Assembly: GCA_022820645.1 (NCBI GenBank)
Contig: JAJEFD010000013.1
Coordinates: 71,308 to 135,307 of the forward strand
Source: Dehalococcoidia bacterium
Lineage (GTDB): Bacteria > Chloroflexota > Dehalococcoidia > Lucifugimonadales > Australimonadaceae
Reading direction: 5' to 3'
DNA length: 64,000 bases
Shown: positions 10,363-20,480 of the stretch, in pieces
How the letters are laid out: each line of letters begins with the position of its first letter
Position numbering within the stretch: the first letter of the stretch is position 1
The notes under the pieces: model-generated
Database searches by the model: none
What the model was told of the DNA's origin: nothing
The model's input: only the letters and a program-made list of their open reading frames with translations
Program-made: the position numbers and the translations under genes

Positions 10363-10863
10363 ATGCCCATGTTCATGACCGACGAACAATCCCAACTCGC
10401 GAACGACGTCGCCGAGCGCCTCATCGCACGCGGCGAGACCCTCGCCGTCGCTGAGTCGACGACCGGCGGCCTCGTCTCCGCGGCGCTGCTGGCGGTCGCG
10501 GGCGCATCGCGCTACTTCGCCGGAGGCGGCGTCCTCTACACCCGCGACTCCCGCATCGCGCTCGCCGGAGTACCCGCCGAAACCTACGAGAACTACCGCG
10601 GCACGACGCCCGAGATGCTCGCCGACCTCGCCGAGGCGATGCGCGAACGTCTGGGCGCCACGTGGTGCATCGCCGAGTCAGGTGTCGCCGGGCCGGGCCG
10701 AAGCCGCTTCGGTTTCCCTGCCGGGCGCACGACGCTCAGCGTCGCGGGCCCCGTCACCCGCACCGAGGTCATCGAGACCGGCATCGACGACCGCGTCGCC
10801 AACATGTCCGAGTTCGCCACCCGCACCCTCCGCTACCTCCGCGACGCCCTCAACGACGCCTAG
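10363..10863 (+). CDS. pncC: CinA-family nicotinamide-nucleotide amidohydrolase PncC
   Basis: MPMFMTDEQSQLANDVAERLIARGETLAVAESTTGGLVSAALLAVAGASRYF carries the AES(C/T)TGG motif. The track ORF start 10264 lies inside REP sequence. Confidence 0.85.
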   Translation: MPMFMTDEQSQLANDVAERLIARGETLAVAESTTGGLVSAALLAVAGASRYFAGGGVLYTRDSRIALAGVPAETYENYRGTTPEMLADLAEAMRERLGATWCIAESGVAGPGRSRFGFPAGRTTLSVAGPVTRTEVIETGIDDRVANMSEFATRTLRYLRDALNDA

Positions 10864-10870
10864 CTTCTCC

Positions 10871-10975
10871 GTCATTCCCGCACCGGCAGGAATCTCGCTT
10901 GGGTGTAGGGGCGTCCCTTGTGGGCGCCCTCTTGCCCACCTCTCCCTTGAGGGGGGAGGGTCAGGGAGAGGGTGA
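10871..10975 (+). repeat. composite REP cluster (A variant, D, B)
   Basis: gtcattcccgcaccggcaggaatctcg at 10871-10897. gtaggggcgtcccttgtgggcgccc at 10905-10929. ccacctctcccttgaggggggagggtcagggagagggtg at 10937-10975. Confidence 0.85.
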
Positions 10976-11052
10976 ATAACCTGCTGGCCTAAGCGGTTGG
11001 ATCGGACAGGCTGCCAGCGTAGGCTGGGAGGTCCTAAAGGGGAGGCGCGACC

Positions 11053-11277
11053 ATGCAGGAGATAGTCGATAGGCGGTTGAGCAATGCGAGAGAACTCCTG
11101 GGGCTTGCCAGTAAGGAACTGGATGCTCTTGATGAGGTCCTGCCCGATATGGATTGGATAAAGTCGATTGCGAAGGCGAGGATGGGCGCAAGATTCTGCG
11201 ATGAGGCTCTGAGGTCTGCTGAGACTCTTGCATTGAAGAACCGGGCGTTGATCAGACAATACTTGCGGATCGCATAA
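11053..11277 (+). CDS. hypothetical helical 74-aa protein in a low-GC islet
   Basis: The SD aaaggggagg precedes ATG 11053. Local G+C is visibly lower than the surroundings. No family recognised. Confidence 0.35.
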   Translation: MQEIVDRRLSNARELLGLASKELDALDEVLPDMDWIKSIAKARMGARFCDEALRSAETLALKNRALIRQYLRIA

Positions 11278-11330
11278 GCATCTTTTCGGTTCCGCCTCGA
11301 ACACGACAAGGAGAGGCAGGCCCGCAACCT

Positions 11331-11500
11331 CGTCGTTCCTGCCTTCGCAGGAACCTCGGTTGGCGTGTAGGGGCGTCCCTTGTGGGCGCCCTGTCTGACC
11401 CACCTCTCCCCGGGGGAGAGGTCGACGCGCTTGCGCGGCGGATGAGGGTTGGCAGCGGGGAGGGGGCTGTCATTCCGAGCGAAGCGCCGCGGGGTCCCCC
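11331..11500 (+). repeat. composite REP cluster (A variant, D, C, E-like)
   Basis: It includes gtcgttcctgccttcgcaggaacctcg, gtaggggcgtcccttgtgggcgccc (11367-11391), cccacctctccccgggggagaggtcgacgcgcttgcgcggcggatgagggt, and ctgtcattccgagcgaagcgccgcgggg. Confidence 0.85.
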
Positions 11501-11577
11501 GCTTTAGCGCGCGGAATCCTCTCGGGGATAGCCCGCTCATGGTGAGCCTGTCGAACCACAGATGACTGTAACTCCCG

Positions 11578-13776
11578 TCACCCGGTGCAAAACGGGAGAT
11601 CGAGGGCACCCAGCTCTAGTGTTCGAACATTTCGGAACGAGGCGGGGATGCATGTAGTAACGGAGAAGGGATTGGGGCCTAGCTCCAGGTTCTCCAAGTT
11701 GGTCAGCCGGCCTAGCTCGTAAGGGATCTCGCCGGTGAGCTGATTGCCGCCCAGCCTGAGCCACTTGAGCCCAGTCAGGTTCGCCAGGGCGGCTGGGATA
11801 GCACCGGTGAGCTGATTGTTGGACAGGAGGAGGAAGCCCAGGCCTGTCCGGTTCCCGAGTTCGACAGGGATTGCGCCGGTGAGCTGATTATCGGACAGGA
11901 GCAGGGACCGGAGTCTCGGCATGCTTCCGAATTCGGCAGGGATCCCTCCGGTGAGTAGATTGCCGGAAAGGTCCAGCCATCCCAGTTTCGGCATACTCGC
12001 CAGTTCGACGGGGATCCCGCCGGTGAGTTGGTTGACGGACAGTGTCAGCGAATCCAGGTTCGCGAGGCGCGCCAGCTCAGCGGGGATCTCGCCTGTGAGT
12101 TGATTCCCTGACAACTGCAGTGATTTCAGGTTGGACAGGTTCGCCAATTCGGTCGGGATCGCGCCCGTGAGCTTGCCGCCCAGGTGGAGTCCTTCCAGGT
12201 TTGACAGGTTGCCGAGTTCAGGCGGAATAGCGCCCGTGAGGCCATCGCTATAAAGCCTCAGTTCTGTGACGCCAGTCAGGTCTCCCAGTTCAGGCGGGAT
12301 CGGCCCTGTGAGGCGGAGATTGGCCAGGCTCAGCTGCGTCACGCGCTGGGGCGAGCCGCCGAGCGTGACACCGTCCCACGCTCCCAGGGGCACCTCTTCG
12401 AACCAGTTGAGTTGGTCCCCCGCCCCAAGAGCGTCCCGCGCCGACAGCAGTATTGCGCGGTCCCGTTCGAGAGCGGGGTTGGTTTCGTGGACGTTCATGT
12501 CGTCGCAGACGCCGAGACGCATCCCCCCTAGCTCCAGGGTAGGGATGTCGAGGTAGGAGGCAGGCAGGCAGGAGAAGGGGTTGGATCCCAGCGACAGTCC
12601 ATTGAGGTTCGGCAGGTCTCCCAGCGCGGGCGGAAGTGGATCGGTGAGTTGGTTGTGGTCTAGCCACAACTGGATCAGGTTCGTCAGTCTGCCGAGTTCA
12701 GACGGTACCGCGCCGGTCAGTTGGTTGTGAGAGAGGCGCAGGTACTGCAGAGATGTGATCTCCCCGAGTTCAGGAGGGATTTCGCCCGTGAGCATGTTTG
12801 CTCGTACGCTCAACCCGGTCAGTTTCCTCAGCCTTCCCAGTTCGGGAGGGATCTCGCCCGTGAGTCGATTGTGGACCAGATACAGGTTCTGCAATTCCTC
12901 CAGGTTCCCCAGTTCGGATGGGATATTGCCAGTCAGATCGTTGACCGCCAGCCGCAACGTCTCCAGGTTTGTCAGGCTTCCGAGCTCAGGCGGAATCTCG
13001 CCCGTGAGGTCGTTGTGCGTTAGTTCCAAGTGCTGCAGTTCCCTCAGACTCCCCAACTCAGATGGGATCCCGCCCGTGAGGTCATTGCCGGAAAGGTTGA
13101 GGTTCTCCAGCTCCTTCAGGTTTCCCAGCTCAGGTGGGATCGCACCCGTGAGGCCGACCCTATTGAACCCGTTGTCAGCCAGGTCCAGTGTCCGCAGTTT
13201 CTCCAGCATCCCCAACGCAGCCGGGACCGCTCCGGACAGTTCTCGGTTGGGCAACGAGAGCGCTATTACCCGTAGCGGGTCTCCGCCGACCGTCACCCCG
13301 TCCCACTCCTGTATCCGCACCGTGCCTTCCCAGTTGAGCGTCGCGGTCCCCGCCAGGGTGTCCCGCAGCAGCAGGAGCGTCGAGGCATCCTGCGTGAGGC
13401 CGGGCCCGGCCGTCAGCCTATAGGCCGGCGTCGGTGTGGGCGTGGGTGTCGGCGAGGGCGTAGGGGTCAGGCTTGGGGTCGGAGTGGACGTGGACGTGGG
13501 AGTGGGAGTCGGTGTGAGCGTAGGCGTGGGCGTCGGAACAGGCGTTGGAGTTGCGGTTGGCGTGGGTGTAGGGGTAGGCGTGGGAGTTGGAGTGCTCGTG
13601 GGTGTGGCCGTTGCCGTTGGGATGGCCGTGGCGGTGGGCGTCGGCGAAGCGCATGCGGCAGCATCACGCCCAGCAGGACGACCACCAGTATGGAAAGGAC
13701 TCGCATCGACACTCCGCCTACCTGTGTGCGACGCAACGGCAAGAGGCACCACGACTCGCAGTGCCGCCGCGCGCAC
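11578..13776 (-). CDS. leucine-rich repeat (plant-type LRR) protein with Pro/Thr-rich linker; N-terminus uncertain (possible frameshift)
   Basis: There are about 25 tandem 24-residue repeats LxxLxxLxLxxNxLTGxIPxELGx in two blocks. Each block is preceded by a cap like [19 protein letters not shown] / [19 protein letters not shown]. The track start at 13776 is a GTG. A much better lipoprotein signal peptide is in the -1 frame (see findings). Confidence 0.85.
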   Translation of the reverse strand: MRAAALRVVVPLAVASHTGRRSVDASPFHTGGRPAGRDAAACASPTPTATAIPTATATPTSTPTPTPTPTPTPTATPTPVPTPTPTLTPTPTPTSTSTPTPSLTPTPSPTPTPTPTPAYRLTAGPGLTQDASTLLLLRDTLAGTATLNWEGTVRIQEWDGVTVGGDPLRVIALSLPNRELSGAVPAALGMLEKLRTLDLADNGFNRVGLTGAIPPELGNLKELENLNLSGNDLTGGIPSELGSLRELQHLELTHNDLTGEIPPELGSLTNLETLRLAVNDLTGNIPSELGNLEELQNLYLVHNRLTGEIPPELGRLRKLTGLSVRANMLTGEIPPELGEITSLQYLRLSHNQLTGAVPSELGRLTNLIQLWLDHNQLTDPLPPALGDLPNLNGLSLGSNPFSCLPASYLDIPTLELGGMRLGVCDDMNVHETNPALERDRAILLSARDALGAGDQLNWFEEVPLGAWDGVTLGGSPQRVTQLSLANLRLTGPIPPELGDLTGVTELRLYSDGLTGAIPPELGNLSNLEGLHLGGKLTGAIPTELANLSNLKSLQLSGNQLTGEIPAELARLANLDSLTLSVNQLTGGIPVELASMPKLGWLDLSGNLLTGGIPAEFGSMPRLRSLLLSDNQLTGAIPVELGNRTGLGFLLLSNNQLTGAIPAALANLTGLKWLRLGGNQLTGEIPYELGRLTNLENLELGPNPFSVTTCIPASFRNVRTLELGALDLPFCTG
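13428..13650 (-). repeat. Pro/Thr-rich low-complexity coding repeat (linker of LRR protein)
   Basis: It encodes [74 protein letters not shown]. At nucleotide level it is (ggygtN)n on the plus strand. Confidence 0.9.
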
Positions 13777-13977
13777 GGCAGTCTACCCGCTTTTCCCTGG
13801 CGAGGGACGGCCCCCATGTTGGTGCAGGGCGCGTCCCTTGTGGGCGCCCTGTCTGACCCACCTCGCCCTCTGGGAGAGGTCGATGCGCGACAGTACGGCG
13901 GGTGAGGATCCCCACGCTTGCCACGCCCGCTTGCTCTATACTGAGCGCCTTGCCGCCACCGGTGAAAGGAGAGCGTC

Positions 13978-15174
<1,197 letters not shown>

Positions 15175-15195
15175 AGACAACGAAGGAGACTTACG

Positions 15196-15933
15196 ATGCG
15201 AGGACTCGAAGGGCGAACGGCAGTCGTCACCGGCGGAGCGCGCGGCCTCGGCAAGGCCGCAGCCGAGCGGCTGGCGGAAGAAGGCGTGAAGGTCGGCATC
15301 CTCGACCTGCGCGGCGACGAAGCGAACGAGGTCGCGAACGCCATCGGCGGCGCGGCGTTCCAGTGCGACACCACGGACGAGGCCCAGCTCGCCGCCGCTA
15401 TGGAGGGCGTCAACGCGGCCTTCGGCGGCATCGACATCCTCGTCAACAACGCGGGACTCATCGCGCAACGCAAAGACTGGGCGACCTGGACGAAGGAGGA
15501 GGTCGAGCGGTTCGCCCAGGTGAACTACATCGGTTACTTCCTCACCATCAAGGCCGCCCACCCCTACCTCAAGGCGAGCGGGCGGGGCCGCATCATCAAC
15601 GTCGCCTCCCGCACCTTCTTCATGGGCAACCCCGGCCAGACGCCGTACGTCTCCGCGAAGGGCGCCGTCATCGGCCTCAGCTGGAACATGGCCAAGGAGC
15701 TCGGCGGCGACAACATCACCGTCAACGCCGTGATGCCCGGACAGGTCGCGACCCCCGGCACGCTGGAGTACAACGACGAGGAGATGTTCAACCGCACGAT
15801 GCAGAACCAGGCGATCAAGGCGCGCGTCTACCCGGAGCACCTCGCCGCCCTCATCGCCTTCCTCGCCAGCGACGACGCCTCCATGATCTCCGGCCAGTCC
15901 ATCGTCGTCGACGGAGGCGGCCTCCTGCACTGA
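15196..15933 (+). CDS. SDR family oxidoreductase (FabG-like)
   Basis: TGGARGLGKAAAERLAEEG (TGxxxGxG), NNAG, and the YxxxK region YVSAKGAV. Confidence 0.9.
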   Translation: MRGLEGRTAVVTGGARGLGKAAAERLAEEGVKVGILDLRGDEANEVANAIGGAAFQCDTTDEAQLAAAMEGVNAAFGGIDILVNNAGLIAQRKDWATWTKEEVERFAQVNYIGYFLTIKAAHPYLKASGRGRIINVASRTFFMGNPGQTPYVSAKGAVIGLSWNMAKELGGDNITVNAVMPGQVATPGTLEYNDEEMFNRTMQNQAIKARVYPEHLAALIAFLASDDASMISGQSIVVDGGGLLH

Positions 15934-15938
15934 TCCCG

Positions 15939-15965
15939 TCATTCCCGCGAAGGCGGGAATCCAGA
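15939..15965 (+). repeat. type-A REP hairpin copy
   Basis: gtcattcccgcgaaggcgggaatccag, 6 nt after the SDR stop. A second hairpin agtggccgccaggccac follows. Confidence 0.9.
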
Positions 15966-16032
15966 GTGGCCGCCAGGCCACACGGTGGGGTGGCTGGGGG
16001 AGGGGCGCTTGCGCGGCGGGTGAGGGTTCCCC

Positions 16033-16785
16033 CTACGCGTGCGCGTGGACGTGCGGCGCCGACCCTTCGCGTTCCGCGAGGAACCCCGCGTACGGCGCCT
16101 CCGACAGGTGCAGCGCGTGCCTCTCCGGGTCGCATGCCGCCCCCACCCACACCTCGCCGTCCGCGAAGTGCTCCTTCTTCCACACCGGCACCACGTGCTT
16201 GATGCGGTCGACCACGTACAGCCCCGCGAGGAACGCTTCGAGCCGGTGCGGCGCGCCCGCAGCCACCACGAGGCTCACGTCGCCGATCTCCAGCCGCCCG
16301 ATCCGGTGCCGCGCCGACATCGCCGGAACGTCGAACCGCGCCATCGTCTCTTCGAGGATCTGGCCGATGACCTTCTGCGCCATCCGCTCGTCGGCTTCGT
16401 ACTCCAGCCGCACCACCGGACGCCCGCCCGTGTTGTCGCGCGTCGTCCCCTCGAACGTCACGACTGCGCCGTTGTACGCGCGCTTCACCGCGTCCGCCGT
16501 CTCACCCGCGTCGATCTCCTCCGTACCGACCCACACGTCCACGCCCCCGCTCACCGGCGGATAGAATGCCACGTCGTCGCCGTCGCTGAGCGGGTACGCC
16601 AGGTTGCCGAACTCCTCGTTCACCGCGATGAGGTGCGGCTTGAAGTCGCGCGGCAGCGCGGGCGCCGCGGCCAGCAGCGCCTCGACCGCATCCGCGACGA
16701 CCGCGCCGTCGTTCAGCGGCAGCGTCACCCGGTCGAGCCCTGCGGTCTCGCGGTACGAGGCGTAGAGGCGTATCAGGACGTCCAT
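16033..16785 (-). CDS. molybdopterin synthase MoaD-MoaE fusion protein
   Basis: The N-terminal ~82 aa are ThiS/MoaD-like and end in YPPVSGG. MoaE follows directly (VVTFEGTTRDNTGGRPVVRLEYEA...VPVWKKEHFADGEVWVG). Confidence 0.85.
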   Translation of the reverse strand: MDVLIRLYASYRETAGLDRVTLPLNDGAVVADAVEALLAAAPALPRDFKPHLIAVNEEFGNLAYPLSDGDDVAFYPPVSGGVDVWVGTEEIDAGETADAVKRAYNGAVVTFEGTTRDNTGGRPVVRLEYEADERMAQKVIGQILEETMARFDVPAMSARHRIGRLEIGDVSLVVAAGAPHRLEAFLAGLYVVDRIKHVVPVWKKEHFADGEVWVGAACDPERHALHLSEAPYAGFLAEREGSAPHVHAHA

Positions 16786-16833
16786 GCCCGGATTATAACC
16801 CCGTATAATTCAACGAAAGGAGACCAAACGCCC

Positions 16834-17859
16834 ATGCCCCGACTCGCCCTGCTGACCGCACTCCTCATCACCGCCCTCTTGGCCGCCGCGTGCGGCGCTG
16901 ATCCCGCCCCCACGCCCACAGCCACCCCGACGCCTACCGCGACTCCCGAGCCGCCCGCGGCGACGCCCACCCCGACACCGATTCCGACCGCCACGCCCCG
17001 GCCCGCGACGGCAACACCCGTGCCACCGACTCCCACGCTGGCGCCCACTGCCACGTCGCAGCCGACTGCCACTCCCACACCAACGCCCCTGCCGGAGCCG
17101 CCGACCGAACTCGAAGCGCTCTGCATCACGACAGAGGCCTACGCCTCCGAGTACCTGATGGCCGGGATAGGCCGGGACCCCGTCCCCACCGCATACGACG
17201 CCATCAACGGCGGCGGCTGCGACTTCCCCATCGCCGTCCACGCCGTGCGGATCGAGCTGACCAGCGGCGAGCACTCCTGGACCGCCGATGTCAGGCTCCC
17301 TCAGCCTGCGCGCAACCTCGGCGTGCCCTTCAACGACCTGGACGTTCCTGTCATAAACGCCGATCTGCCGGATGGGCGCTACGCCCGCCGGGTTGCCGCG
17401 CTTGCCTGGGTCCGGAACAGCGAGGTGGAGATGGAGGTCCCCGGCTTCGAGGACGTCTTCCTCGTGCGGGACATCGACTCGCAGCAGGCGCACCTCTTCC
17501 GCAACCGCGGCATATGGGAGCGCAGGGGCCTCGTCAACTACGACTACACCGGCGCGTGGGTCTGCGTCACCTGCGACGAGTTCTACGTCGCCACGGCAGC
17601 AGTGAGCGTGCGGGACGGCGCAGTGACGTCTGTCTCTTCGGCCGACCCGAACATCGCTGTCATCCCCGTGCCGGAGCGCTTCATCCCCATCGCAGGCCTG
17701 TTCGAACTCCTGCAGACGGCCGTCGACCAGGGTGCGCACAACATCGACGTCAACTACGACGACGAGTACTCCTACCCCACGTTCTTCTTCATCAACTACG
17801 ACGACGAGGTCGAGGACGAAGAGCGCGGCTTCACCATCCGCAGCTTCGAGCCGCGCTGA
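16834..17859 (+). CDS. lipoprotein with Pro/Thr-rich linker and C-terminal globular domain (possibly DUF6174-like)
   Basis: The SD aaaggag precedes ATG 16834. MPRLALLTALLITALLAAAC has a lipobox (LAAAC) and is followed by about 70 aa of PT-rich linker. The track ORF start 16039 is an antisense artefact over moaDE. Confidence 0.7.
   Translation: MPRLALLTALLITALLAAACGADPAPTPTATPTPTATPEPPAATPTPTPIPTATPRPATATPVPPTPTLAPTATSQPTATPTPTPLPEPPTELEALCITTEAYASEYLMAGIGRDPVPTAYDAINGGGCDFPIAVHAVRIELTSGEHSWTADVRLPQPARNLGVPFNDLDVPVINADLPDGRYARRVAALAWVRNSEVEMEVPGFEDVFLVRDIDSQQAHLFRNRGIWERRGLVNYDYTGAWVCVTCDEFYVATAAVSVRDGAVTSVSSADPNIAVIPVPERFIPIAGLFELLQTAVDQGAHNIDVNYDDEYSYPTFFFINYDDEVEDEERGFTIRSFEPR
16894..17106 (+). 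repeat. Pro/Thr-rich low-complexity coding repeat (lipoprotein linker)
   Basis: It encodes [70 protein letters not shown]. Confidence 0.85.
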
Positions 17860-17918
17860 CCGCCCCGCAGGTGCGACGCCTGATCCCTTCCCCCTTGATG
17901 GGGGTGAACAGGGCGCGG

Positions 17919-17963
17919 TGTCATGCTGAGCGAAGCCGCAGGCGAAGTCGAAGTATCTCTCGG
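17919..17963 (+). repeat. type-E half-element (single MITE arm)
   Basis: tgtcatgctgagcgaagccgcaggcgaagtcgaagtatctctcgg. Confidence 0.85.
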
Positions 17964-18005
17964 GGCGTCCTCACCCCACTGCCGTTCTAGGTGTAACCTG
18001 AAGGT

Positions 18006-19370
18006 ATGACACAGCGCGGCATGCGGAAGGAACAGACCCTCTTCGAGCACGTGCGGCGACAGCACGAGGACGAGAACGCCCCGCTCGCGGCCCGCATGCG
18101 CCCCCGCACGCTCCAGGAGTACGTCGGACAGCGCCACCTCCTCGGCGAGGGCCACGTGCTGGAGCGCGCCATCCGCACCGGCCAGGTGCCCTCCATGGTG
18201 CTCTGGGGCCCGCCCGGCACCGGCAAGACCACCCTCGCAAGGCTCGTCGCCGGCCTCACGAAGTCCCACTTCATCGGCGTCTCCGCCGTCACCTCCGGCG
18301 TCGCCGACCTCCGGCAGGCCGTCGAGGAGGCCCGCGAGATACGCGCCACCGAGGACCTCGGCACCATCCTCTTCGTCGACGAGGTGCACCGCTTCAACAA
18401 GGCCCAGCAGGACGCCATCCTCCCCCACGTCGAGAACGGCACCGTCACCTTCATCGGCGCGACCACCGAGAACCCGTCGTTCGAGGTCATCTCCGCGCTC
18501 CTCTCCCGCACCCGCGTCCTCACGCTCCACCCGCTCTCCGACGACGAGATCGCGCACGTGGTGCGTCACGCGCTCGCCGACACCGAGCGCGGGCTCGGCA
18601 ACGAGAACGCGACGCTCGACCCCGACGCGCTGGCCTTCCTGCAGGAGGTCGCCTCCGGCGACGCCCGCGTCGCGCTGAACGGCATCGAGCTCGCGACCGA
18701 GATCGCGCTCCGCCACCCCGACGGCACGAAGCGGATCGACCGCCCGCTGATGGAGGAGGCGCTCCAGCGCCGCGCCCTCCACTACGACAAGGCGGGCGAC
18801 AGCCACTACGACACCATCTCCGCGTTCATCAAGTCGGTGCGCGCGTCGGACCCGGACGCCGCGGTCTACTGGCTCGCGCGGATGCTCGAGGCGGGCGAGG
18901 ACCCGCTCTTCATCGCGCGGCGCATCGTCATCCTCGCGGCGGAGGACGTCGGCATGGCCGACCCGCATGCGCTGCCGGTTGCCGTAGCGGCGCAGCAGGC
19001 CGTCCACTTCGTCGGCCTGCCGGAAGGCGCGATTCCGCTGGCCGAGGCGACGGTCTACCTCGCGACCGCCCCCAAGAGCAATGCCTCATACATGGCGCTG
19101 AACCGCGCGATGGACGAGGTCCGCACCGGGCGCCAGCACCCCGTGCCGCTCCACCTGCGCAACGCCGTCACCGGTCTGATGCGCAACCTCGGCTACGGCG
19201 CGGACTACAAGTACGCCCACGACTACAAGGGGCACTTCGCGGGTCAGCAGAACCTGCCGGACGAGCTCGCGGGCAAGCGCTTCTACGAGCCCGGCGACCA
19301 GGGCTACGAGCAGACCGTCCGCCAGCGGCTCGAGGCCTGGTGGGGGAAGGCGAAGCGCGAGGGTGCTTAG
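18006..19370 (+). CDS. rarA: replication-associated recombination protein A (AAA+ ATPase)
   Basis: LAARMRPRTLQEYVGQRHLLGEG...MVLWGPPGTGKTTLARL (Walker A), ILFVDEVHRFNKAQQD (Walker B), and the MgsA C-terminal domain. Confidence 0.93.
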   Translation: MTQRGMRKEQTLFEHVRRQHEDENAPLAARMRPRTLQEYVGQRHLLGEGHVLERAIRTGQVPSMVLWGPPGTGKTTLARLVAGLTKSHFIGVSAVTSGVADLRQAVEEAREIRATEDLGTILFVDEVHRFNKAQQDAILPHVENGTVTFIGATTENPSFEVISALLSRTRVLTLHPLSDDEIAHVVRHALADTERGLGNENATLDPDALAFLQEVASGDARVALNGIELATEIALRHPDGTKRIDRPLMEEALQRRALHYDKAGDSHYDTISAFIKSVRASDPDAAVYWLARMLEAGEDPLFIARRIVILAAEDVGMADPHALPVAVAAQQAVHFVGLPEGAIPLAEATVYLATAPKSNASYMALNRAMDEVRTGRQHPVPLHLRNAVTGLMRNLGYGADYKYAHDYKGHFAGQQNLPDELAGKRFYEPGDQGYEQTVRQRLEAWWGKAKREGA

Positions 19371-19382
19371 AGGAAGAGTGAG

Positions 19383-20303
19383 ATGCGCTTGCGCGAAGAA
19401 GACATGCTCGCGCCGTTGAGGTCAGGTAACCTGCGCCGCTTCCTCTCCACCTATCGCTGGGAGGTTTGGTTCTTCCTCGGTGTGCCCGTGATCGTTGGAG
19501 CAGTCCGCCAGTTGGTCCGGTGGTTGGTGCACTTTGATAGCAGCACTTGGTATCACGGATCGGACCTAGCGATTGGTGCACTGGGGCTTGCTCTGCTGGC
19601 CGCTGCTTTCCCGCTCGTTCTCCGACGAGGGCGTCAACTCTTGGTTCTGTTATGGGGCTTTGAACTTGTTACGCAGGGCACGAGCATCGCTTTGAAAGGA
19701 TTTGACCTGACCAGGGGAGAACCACCCGCTGGGGTACAGCTGTTCACGATACACACCGTTGGTGATCTGCATTACTTTTCTACGGTCAGTGCTTGGGTCG
19801 GGGTTCTCGCTCTGGTCTGGTTTGCGAGACAGGCCTCGCGCATAAGCACTGCTCATGCATTCCTGTTTGTGGGTTTGTCTTTCGCTACTTCCAGTTTCAG
19901 TCTGCAGCCGTTCGTGTTTGAATCGTCATCAGGATATGTGGACTTATTCGCCGCGATCTATCTGATATCTGCAATAGCCGTGAACATCCTTGCCCTGTGG
20001 GCGATGGTACATCTTGAATCCAAGAGGATGGCTTTCCCTGTAACTGCTACGGTGGGATTGTTTGGAATGGCAATAGGGAAGTCCTTGTTTGGGGTATATG
20101 CCTTGTTCCCGGTACTCGCCGCATCTTACGGATACAGGCTTCTTGAGCAACTGTTTGAGGACTGGGGCGTGATCAGTATGGCGATGTTGGGGCACGCCCT
20201 GCAGTTCGGGTTGTACAACCTCCTCCCACTCCCGCTCATATACCTCGTGCGCGTACGCCGCCGCGCACCAGTCGTATCTGCTCCTGCGTACCGGGAGAGT
20301 TGA
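19383..20303 (+). CDS. hypothetical polytopic membrane protein, low-GC gene
   Basis: 306 aa with about 7-8 hydrophobic segments (WEVWFFLGVPVIVGA, AIGALGLALLAAAFPLVL, ...). G+C is visibly lower than in flanking genes. It starts 13 nt after the rarA stop. No family recognised. Confidence 0.55.
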   Translation: MRLREEDMLAPLRSGNLRRFLSTYRWEVWFFLGVPVIVGAVRQLVRWLVHFDSSTWYHGSDLAIGALGLALLAAAFPLVLRRGRQLLVLLWGFELVTQGTSIALKGFDLTRGEPPAGVQLFTIHTVGDLHYFSTVSAWVGVLALVWFARQASRISTAHAFLFVGLSFATSSFSLQPFVFESSSGYVDLFAAIYLISAIAVNILALWAMVHLESKRMAFPVTATVGLFGMAIGKSLFGVYALFPVLAASYGYRLLEQLFEDWGVISMAMLGHALQFGLYNLLPLPLIYLVRVRRRAPVVSAPAYRES

Positions 20304-20367
20304 TGCATGCCGCATGGGGTCCGTATGCAAGGCGTGGTGGGGAAGGCCCGGCGTGCTCCCCAGCCCC

Positions 20368-20394
20368 GTCATTCCAGCGAAGGCTGGAATCCAG
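20368..20394 (+). repeat. type-A REP hairpin copy
   Basis: gtcattccagcgaaggctggaatccag. Confidence 0.9.
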
Positions 20395-20480
20395 AGCCCG
20401 ACAGCCGCTGACGCAGGGGAATCGTTACCGTTTTCACAATATCTGCGCGAAATCCGCCGGAAATTCCGTGTGAATAGGGA

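Noticed and set aside
13428-13650. GT-rich tandem repeat (ggygtN)n as a non-coding microsatellite or phase-variation tract
   Set aside because: It is in frame within the LRR gene and encodes a Pro/Thr linker. The same kind of linker occurs in the lipoprotein at 16894-17106.
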